This document shows, one piece after another, positions 57,642 to 64,000 of a stretch of DNA of 64,000 nucleotides. Below the pieces are notes generated by a model. It was not told the origin of the DNA, did no database searches, and worked only from the letters and a program-made list of their open reading frames with translations. The stretch comes from Alphaproteobacteria bacterium (GTDB lineage: Bacteria; Pseudomonadota; Alphaproteobacteria; RF32; CAG-239), in assembly GCA_016283295.1 (NCBI GenBank), contig JAEEMQ010000049.1:1811-65810 (forward strand), given 5' to 3'. The position numbers were made by a program, and so were the translations under genes. Every line of letters starts with the position of its first letter. Position 1 is the stretch's first letter.

Positions 57642-59099
57642 TTATTTCCTTTTCTTATAAAAAGTACCGCGAATCCTGCCGTTGGTGGATTCATCACCTT
57701 TGATACGGCTGATTGAAGTGGCTAAATCGGTTACGGCATAAGCGCCGGTAATAAAATTGCCGTTCTGCTCCAAGCGTACGTTTTCAAACAGCTCTACCTT
57801 TTGTTCCACCGGGTTATACACGCCGCGGTCGCCCCAGGCCGAACCTTTAGGCGTAACCACCTCCACATCGCCGAATGCTTCGGCATATTTTAATTTGCGA
57901 TCCTTATCCAAGTGGGCCACAACTTTTTGTGCCCGCAAAACCTTGTCTTCTTTGTTGATAACCACCGGCTGCCGACCGCCGAATACGGTAATTTTACCGA
58001 TATTCGGTTCGTATATTCCTTTTTCGCCCGACATCTTTTCGGCGGCAGTCTGTACCGTTACATTACCCTCGGCCGTAACTTTTTGCAATTCCTTATGTTC
58101 GGTACCGCTGACATAAGCCGTAACATGGCAGGCGTTCAAATTATTTTCGCCCTGTTGCACCTTAACCAAACTTTCTTTGTTGCATTGGTTGCGGGTATGG
58201 CCGTAAACATCGATTTTGCCCTGCAATGCGTCATAATAAGCTTCGTTGCCGGTTATTATTTCTTTTGGAGTTTCCAGGCGCACCCGGCGATACGCTTCGG
58301 CCCGTTCCAATTCTTTTTTGGAGCTGGAGCCGAACCACCCGACAATTTCTTCGGCATAAAGTTTGCTGTCGTTTTGCGTAATAACCGCATCGCCGACCGC
58401 CACGCTCTTATTTTCTTCCCGATAGACCCGGGTTTCTTTTTTGGCGGTCAAAACACCTTTGTCGGTAGTAATCCGGTTGTTACCTTTGAGCACCAGAATC
58501 TGGGTAATTTTATCGTAGCTGAAGGCCTCCGCCTGCATATCGCCCCAACTGCCTTTGGCAAAAACCGGATCTTTGCCCCAACCTTTTTCCTGCTTAAAGT
58601 CATAGTTGGCTTTAAGAGTAGTTATGACCGTATCTCCTTCAACCACCGCCTTAACATTTTTTTCCAGTTCCAAAACATTATTATTCTGATTAAAGTAGCC
58701 GACGTCAGCGGTAATATCGGTATGCCCTTTATCGGTCGGAATAATCGCTTTCGGATTAATGATTTTATAAATCTGCGAACCGGCCTCGGTTTCATCAACA
58801 TTGTCCGCCACTATTTTATTGACGCGATTTTTGCTGTCGATGGTATTAAACACGGTTTGTTCCATGTGCAATTTTTCCATCTCGCCTTTTTTTGGCATGG
58901 TGATATTTTCATTCAAATCAACGCTTTTTTTGATGTTCGGCATCACGACCATCAGCCCGAGCAACGCGGCGGCAATACACGGCAAAACGATTTTGAACAG
59001 CCGCCGCCAATCAATACCCCGTTTTGGCGTACCGGAATAATCAAGGTCAAGCGAGCGACTGTTGTCAAAAAAAGAATCTAATTTGCCGGAATCAATCAT
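57642..59099 (-). CDS. Apparent LptC-LptA fusion (membrane-anchored protein with tandem OstA-like domains)
   Basis: One N-terminal TM segment (IVLPCIAAALLGLMVVM), then about 440 aa of repeated OstA/LptA-like beta-jellyroll segments (..A....Y......L.GNV..). Occupies both the lptC and lptA positions between kdsD and lptB. Confidence 0.65.
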   Translation of the reverse strand: MIDSGKLDSFFDNSRSLDLDYSGTPKRGIDWRRLFKIVLPCIAAALLGLMVVMPNIKKSVDLNENITMPKKGEMEKLHMEQTVFNTIDSKNRVNKIVADNVDETEAGSQIYKIINPKAIIPTDKGHTDITADVGYFNQNNNVLELEKNVKAVVEGDTVITTLKANYDFKQEKGWGKDPVFAKGSWGDMQAEAFSYDKITQILVLKGNNRITTDKGVLTAKKETRVYREENKSVAVGDAVITQNDSKLYAEEIVGWFGSSSKKELERAEAYRRVRLETPKEIITGNEAYYDALQGKIDVYGHTRNQCNKESLVKVQQGENNLNACHVTAYVSGTEHKELQKVTAEGNVTVQTAAEKMSGEKGIYEPNIGKITVFGGRQPVVINKEDKVLRAQKVVAHLDKDRKLKYAEAFGDVEVVTPKGSAWGDRGVYNPVEQKVELFENVRLEQNGNFITGAYAVTDLATSISRIKGDESTNGRIRGTFYKKRK

Positions 59100-59102
59100 A
59101 AA

Positions 59103-60068
59103 TCAGCTCACTCCGGCTCGCAAACAATCGTGAATATGAACGATACCTATCGGCTTTTTGCCGTCAACCACAAACATATTGGTAATGCCGCGGCCGGTAT
59201 TGTTCATAATATTTACCGCTTCGGCAATCAAAATATCGGCACTGCAGGTACGCGGATTTTTGGTCATAACTTTGGAAACTTTTTCTTCAATCAAATTCGG
59301 AGCCATCCAGCGCCGCAAATCGCCGTCGGTAATAACCCCGATTAAATCGCCGTCCTTATTCAAGATACCGACACAGCCGAGCATTTTTTCCGACATTTTT
59401 ATCAGCGCATCCTGCATAATCGCATCTTCGCCGATAAGCGGCATTTCGTCGCCGGTATGCATAATATCGGAAACGTGGCGCAAAATGGCACCGAGCTTGC
59501 CGCCCGGATGACGCAGACGGAAATCTTGTTCGGTAAAGCCCTTGCGTACCATCAACGCGGCTGCCAAAATATCACCCATAACCAAAGTGGCGGTTGTCGA
59601 TGACATCGGCGCCAACCCCAACGGACAAGCTTCGCGATTATCCGGCAAACGCAGGATAATGTCGCTGTTTTTACCGAGAGAACTGTCCGGATTTTTGGTA
59701 ATAGCAATCAGCGGTATCGAAAAACGGCGGCAATAAGTCAAAATATCCAACAATTCTTTGGATTCACCGCTGTTGGAAATCGCTATCACCGTATCATCGG
59801 ATGTAATCATTCCCAAATCGCCGTGACTGGCCTCGCTCGGGTGTAAAAAGAACGACGGAGTGCCGGTAGAGGCCATGGTTGCGGCGATTTTGCTGCCGAT
59901 ATGTCCGGATTTTCCCATACCGGTAACAATTACCCGACCTTTGGTTTTTTGCAACACATCAAGCGCCTGACCGAGCGTATCATCCAAATTATTTTCCATT
60001 GTTTTCAGGGCTTCGATTTCTCGGTCTATCGTCTGCCTTGCCACATGCAAATCCGAAATTTCAGTCAC
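59103..60068 (-). CDS. kdsD: Arabinose-5-phosphate isomerase (SIS plus two CBS domains)
   Basis: GMGKSGHIGSKIAATMASTGTP, and C-terminal CBS pairs. Confidence 0.9.
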   Translation of the reverse strand: MTEISDLHVARQTIDREIEALKTMENNLDDTLGQALDVLQKTKGRVIVTGMGKSGHIGSKIAATMASTGTPSFFLHPSEASHGDLGMITSDDTVIAISNSGESKELLDILTYCRRFSIPLIAITKNPDSSLGKNSDIILRLPDNREACPLGLAPMSSTTATLVMGDILAAALMVRKGFTEQDFRLRHPGGKLGAILRHVSDIMHTGDEMPLIGEDAIMQDALIKMSEKMLGCVGILNKDGDLIGVITDGDLRRWMAPNLIEEKVSKVMTKNPRTCSADILIAEAVNIMNNTGRGITNMFVVDGKKPIGIVHIHDCLRAGVS

Positions 60069-60155
60069 GTTATTTTCTCCTTTAACTTACCTTTATTTGA
60101 ATCATACTTTTTTTTAGCAAATACGCAAGAATAATTTATTTTTATGCCCCTTGTT

Positions 60156-60608
60156 TCAGGCTTTTTGTTCCCATTTACCGCTTTCGTTCTGTTGCCAATA
60201 GCAGACTTCCCAGCTGGCATCTTTATACAATTTCCACAAATTGCGGGCTTGCGCCAACGCCGTTTCATCGTTGCCGTCAAATATGTTAAATACCCGCTCA
60301 AACGCTTTGGCTTGTTCGCAATCGTATTCGCTGCCGTTTACCAAAAACAAAAACTCGGCAGAATTGGCATTTTCATCGCCCGGCGTAATAAAAATCGGTT
60401 GTTCGGCCGCAAAACCGTCTTTTTGCGAACCGTGCGGCAAAAAACTTTCGTCGTTGTATGTCCACAGCCAGGCACTCAGCGGCTCAACCGTATCCGGCGC
60501 GGTTTTAACCAAAGCGCGTTTGCCCGAAGCATAAGTTTTTTGCAACAAAAGCGGCAGAGTTTCTTCCAAACTCCGGCGTTTCAGATGATAAAAATCAATT
60601 CTGCTCAT
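60156..60608 (-). CDS. holC: DNA polymerase III subunit chi
   Basis: MSRIDFYHL start. About 150 aa with chi-like layout. Confidence 0.8.
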   Translation of the reverse strand: MSRIDFYHLKRRSLEETLPLLLQKTYASGKRALVKTAPDTVEPLSAWLWTYNDESFLPHGSQKDGFAAEQPIFITPGDENANSAEFLFLVNGSEYDCEQAKAFERVFNIFDGNDETALAQARNLWKLYKDASWEVCYWQQNESGKWEQKA

Positions 60609-61884
60609 TTTGTTCCTTTAACTTCAGCGTAATGACGTCAAGCATATCTTCGCCGATAAATTGCAGCGATATCTGCCCCCGCGGCATGGCTTCTTTGATT
60701 TTGATGCGCAAATCTTCCACTCCGAAAATCTTGCGACCGTCCACGGTTTTGAACTTATCGCCGACATCAATGCCTTTGGCGGCGGCATCGGAATTTTCCG
60801 CCACGTTAACAACCAAAAACTCCTGATTGATTTCGTCATAAACCGCCTTAATTCCCAGTTCCGGAAAATCGTCAGCGGTAGTTGATTCCAAAGCATCTGT
60901 TGCCGATATCTTCTCGGCTTTTTCGGTATCTTGTTTATCTTCCGTCGGCATCGGCGCGACTTTGACTTCCAAATCAAGCAATTTATCATCACGTTTTACA
61001 ATCAGCGGCAACACCGTATCGGCCGCAGTTTGTGCCACGTCGCGCGAAAAATGCCGCGGCGATTGCAACGACAATCCGTCGGCATCTTCCAAAATATCGC
61101 CGACCTGAATACCGGCAACGGCCGCCGGAGAATTTTCCGTCATTGAGGCCACAACCAGCTTATTTTTCTGTTCCGTATCGCTACTTCTGATTCTTTGTAC
61201 GCCGATACCGAGCCAACCACGCGTAACCTTACCGTTTTTCCGCAGTTGCCCGGCCACCCATTGTACCATGTTTGACGGCACGGCAAAACCGACCCCGGCA
61301 TCAATTCCGTCGGTAGAAAAAATGGCCGTACTCATGCCGATAACCTCGCCTTCCATATTGAACAGCGGGCCGCCGGAGTTGCCGCGGTTAATTGACGCAT
61401 CGGTCTGAATAAAATTATCATACGGCCCCTTTTCTATATCGCGTTCTTTAGCCGAAATAATGCCGGAAGAAACGCTGTTGCCGAGCCCGAAAGGATTACC
61501 GATGGCAAACACCGGATTACCGACGCGAATCTCGTCAGAATCGGCAAAATGAGCTGCTTTAAGCCCGAGCGGTTGCACCGCTTTAAGCAAAGCGATGTCG
61601 GTTTTTTCGTCGCTGCCGATAATCTCCGCCGCAACGGTTTCGTCCTCAAATGTTATCAACGTAATTTTTTGTGCGTCGGTCGTTACGTGTGCGTTGGTGA
61701 CGACATAACCGTCGGCACTTATCACGATGCCGGCGCCCAGCGCCTGCGAATCCGCATTTTCCGCCACAATGCTGACCACCGACGGATTAACCTCGTCAAT
61801 CACGTCCTCAAGCTTTTGCCCGTCCGCCGCCGCGATGTTGCAAACGCCGCACAGACCCAGTATAAATCCGCAAAGTTTTTTCAT
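60595..61884 (-). CDS. degP: Periplasmic serine endoprotease, DegP/HtrA family
   Basis: Catalytic triad context TNAHV, DIALLK and GNSGGPL. PDZ region(s) present. Signal peptide. Confidence 0.88.
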   Translation of the reverse strand: MKKLCGFILGLCGVCNIAAADGQKLEDVIDEVNPSVVSIVAENADSQALGAGIVISADGYVVTNAHVTTDAQKITLITFEDETVAAEIIGSDEKTDIALLKAVQPLGLKAAHFADSDEIRVGNPVFAIGNPFGLGNSVSSGIISAKERDIEKGPYDNFIQTDASINRGNSGGPLFNMEGEVIGMSTAIFSTDGIDAGVGFAVPSNMVQWVAGQLRKNGKVTRGWLGIGVQRIRSSDTEQKNKLVVASMTENSPAAVAGIQVGDILEDADGLSLQSPRHFSRDVAQTAADTVLPLIVKRDDKLLDLEVKVAPMPTEDKQDTEKAEKISATDALESTTADDFPELGIKAVYDEINQEFLVVNVAENSDAAAKGIDVGDKFKTVDGRKIFGVEDLRIKIKEAMPRGQISLQFIGEDMLDVITLKLKEQNEQN

Positions 61885-62765
61885 CAGTCGTTCCGTTTAT
61901 TCATACTTTTGTTGAAAAATTTAAAGAAGTCCGAATCCGGCGACAGCACCAGAGAAGTTTCGTTGTCCGATAACGACTTGCGATAGGCATCGAGCGAACG
62001 ATAAAAATCATAAAACTCGACATCTTGTCCCACCGTACGGTTCCACAACCGCACCGCTTCCTGATCACCCTCACCGCGTGTTATCTGCGCGTTTTTCTCG
62101 GCTTCGGCAATAATGATGGTGGCTTCCTTATCGGCGGTTGCCCGAATATTTTGCGCCTGTTGCTGACCTTTGGCACGAAATTCCTTGGCATCGCGCTGGC
62201 GCTCGGTTTTCATCCGATCGTTAATCGCCTGCATAACTTCGCGCGGCAAATCGGCGCGGCGAATTCGCACGTCGGCCACGCTGACACCGATGGCCTCAGC
62301 ATCCTTTTTCACCGTGTTGCTGATATCGCTCATTATTTGTGTGCGTTGCTCCGACAGCAGTTCGGTCAGCGTAATGCGGCCGAGCACCTTGCGCAGCGAC
62401 GAATTGACGATTTCCGCCAACTTGCTGCGTGCCTGATTTTCGGTACGCACGGTCTGATAAAACTTCAGCGGGTCAATGATTTTATAGCGGGTAAAGCTGT
62501 CAACATCCAAGCGCTTTTTATCGTTCAAAACCACCTCTTGTGCCGGCGGGTCCAAGTTGAGCAAACGTGCATCATAAAACACTACATTCTGCACAAACGG
62601 CACCTTAAATTTGAGCCCCGGCTCACGCACTACGCGAATCGGTTCACCGAATTGCAAAACAATCGCCTGTTCGGATTGATAAACAATATAGGTGGCGCTC
62701 AAAACCAAAATCAGAATTGCCACGCAAAACACACCCAAAATATGCCAAATACCTATTCTGTTCAT
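61884..62765 (-). CDS. hflC: Protease modulator HflC
   Basis: N-terminal TM segment and SPFH/band-7 domain. Follows hflK. Confidence 0.9.
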   Translation of the reverse strand: MNRIGIWHILGVFCVAILILVLSATYIVYQSEQAIVLQFGEPIRVVREPGLKFKVPFVQNVVFYDARLLNLDPPAQEVVLNDKKRLDVDSFTRYKIIDPLKFYQTVRTENQARSKLAEIVNSSLRKVLGRITLTELLSEQRTQIMSDISNTVKKDAEAIGVSVADVRIRRADLPREVMQAINDRMKTERQRDAKEFRAKGQQQAQNIRATADKEATIIIAEAEKNAQITRGEGDQEAVRLWNRTVGQDVEFYDFYRSLDAYRKSLSDNETSLVLSPDSDFFKFFNKSMNKRND

Positions 62766-62769
62766 CGCC

Positions 62770-63792
62770 CTACTCCTTTTTTGAGTTCAAAGACAACACC
62801 GGTAGCAGATTTCCTTTCTGCGACGGATCGATAATCACTTTGTGTGCCTTGGAAAGTACATCTTCCAGCGCATCCAAATACATTTTTTTAATCGTTACTT
62901 CTTTGCCGTCTTTATACGCGGCATATACCGAAGCAAAACGCTTGGCCTCACCTTCGGCCTTATTGATAACCGCCGCTTTATAAGCCTCGGCATCCTGGGT
63001 GATTTGTGCCGCCCGACCGCGCGCTTTCGGCAAAACCTCGTTGCGATAAGCCTCGGCTTCGTTTTTGAAACGCTCCATATCGGCCTTGGCACGTTGCACC
63101 TCGTTAAAAGCGTCTACCACTTCCCGCGGCGGGTCGGCTTTTTGCAACTTTACACGCACGATGGAAATACCCGACTCGAATTCATCCAACACGCGCTGCA
63201 ATTCTTCTTTGGTATCATCTTCCACCTTACCGCGGTCGCCGGTAATAATCGGCTGCATTTCCGACTGGCCGACAATTTCGCGCAACACCGATTGTGCCGC
63301 CACGCTTACCGTTTCGTCCGGGTCGCGAATACTGAACAGATAATCCTTGGCGTCTTTAATTTTCCACACCACAGTCAGGTTAATATCAACAATGTTTTCA
63401 TCGCCGGTCAGCATGTGGCTCTCGGTAAAGGCATTGTTACGATAGTCGCGGGCATCACCTGTACCCAGATTAATACTGCGTTCCTGCGTTACGTTAACTT
63501 TTATTACCGTTTCAATCGGCGCCGGTAAATGATAGTGCAAACCGGCATCGGTGGTGTCGATATATTTGCCGAAACGCAACACCACACCGGCTTCGCTCGG
63601 CTGTACCTGATAAAAACCGCTGCAAATCCACAAAACAATCAACAGCAAAATGCCGTATTTGGCATAGCCGCCCCAATTATCCTGCGAGTTGTTCGTTAAA
63701 ACCTTAAACTTGCGGGCCACGCGACCGCCGGAAGAGCTTCCCCATGCGTCGTCGTTATTATCATTATCCCAAGGATTAGTGCTTTTAACCAT
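62770..63792 (-). CDS. hflK: Protease modulator HflK
   Basis: N-terminal NPWDNDNNDDAWG tract, one TM segment and SPFH domain. Start chosen at Met22 of the tracked ORF. Confidence 0.88.
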   Translation of the reverse strand: MVKSTNPWDNDNNDDAWGSSSGGRVARKFKVLTNNSQDNWGGYAKYGILLLIVLWICSGFYQVQPSEAGVVLRFGKYIDTTDAGLHYHLPAPIETVIKVNVTQERSINLGTGDARDYRNNAFTESHMLTGDENIVDINLTVVWKIKDAKDYLFSIRDPDETVSVAAQSVLREIVGQSEMQPIITGDRGKVEDDTKEELQRVLDEFESGISIVRVKLQKADPPREVVDAFNEVQRAKADMERFKNEAEAYRNEVLPKARGRAAQITQDAEAYKAAVINKAEGEAKRFASVYAAYKDGKEVTIKKMYLDALEDVLSKAHKVIIDPSQKGNLLPVLSLNSKKE

Positions 63793-63891
63793 TTTATTTC
63801 CTTTGTAAAAATTTTTTTGTTGTTTTAAGATAATCCATCTGTTAAATAAATACAATCAACTATCCGAAATATCCACATGGGAGTTAATGTA

Positions 63892-64000
63892 ATGACGGAA
63901 GCGGAAATTTATGAAATTGCGGCCCAATACTATCCGCAGAACAATATTGCCGGCGTGAAAATCATAGGCAAACGCTTGATTATCGAATATAAAAATCTGG
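63892..64000 (+). CDS. 5' end of an ORF running off the window (unknown function)
   Basis: Open frame MTEAEIYEIAAQYYPQNNIAGVKIIGKRLIIEYKNL. Also in frame with the ATG at 63877. Truncated by the window edge. Confidence 0.3.
   Translation, partial: MTEAEIYEIAAQYYPQNNIAGVKIIGKRLIIEYKNL

Noticed and set aside
57912-59081. 389-aa plus-strand ORF. Similar long antisense ORFs occur at 19370..20368, 36673..38286, 62025..63528, 10800..12215 and 27657..28421.
   Set aside because: All lie opposite confidently identified genes (lptC/A, tsf, the TPR gene, hflC/K, glgA-like, GT2-TagF). They lack start-site signals and recognisable motifs, so I treat them as frame shadows.

Overview
This 64-kb chromosomal segment reads as an alphaproteobacterium. 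All calls come from motif recognition; no database search was possible. Evidence for the lineage: rpoH (sigma-32), the hflK-hflC-degP-holC cluster, kdsD-lptC/A-lptB-hpf-ptsN, lptF-lptD-surA-rsmA, DUF4167, an IalB-like protein, ApaG and PtsP (EI-Ntr). Most of the window is housekeeping: asnS, prmC, apt, grpE, tsf, rpsB, parE, gyrB, prfA, hisS, rlmN, cca, a family-4 UDG and a dCMP deaminase. Genes are densely packed, often with 1-14 nt overlaps, and host genes have strong AAGGAG-type ribosome binding sites. There is one tRNA (tRNA-Ser GGA, minus strand). I saw no rRNA, CRISPR array, integrase, transposase or recognisable defence or toxin-antitoxin genes. Points of interest: (1) three small islets have clearly different codon choice and lack Shine-Dalgarno sites (about 26.98-27.39 kb, 40.89-45.34 kb, 53.69-55.71 kb). 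The largest encodes a Bacteroidota-style lipoprotein plus a beta-barrel-like outer membrane protein. (2) A single 485-aa ORF appears to fuse LptC and LptA, and rpoN is missing from its usual slot between lptB and hpf. (3) A promoter-to-terminator structured RNA or attenuator of about 255 nt lies upstream of a lipoprotein gene. (4) A short dispersed repeat family occurs next to tRNA-Ser and again as a 142-bp palindrome at 45.35 kb. (5) Several secreted or accessory proteins stand out: a modular GH24 lysozyme, a pair of Cys-patterned paralogues, an orphan type IV pilin-like gene and a GT2-TagF fusion. Function calls for hypothetical proteins are tentative, and start codons were chosen by RBS inspection.
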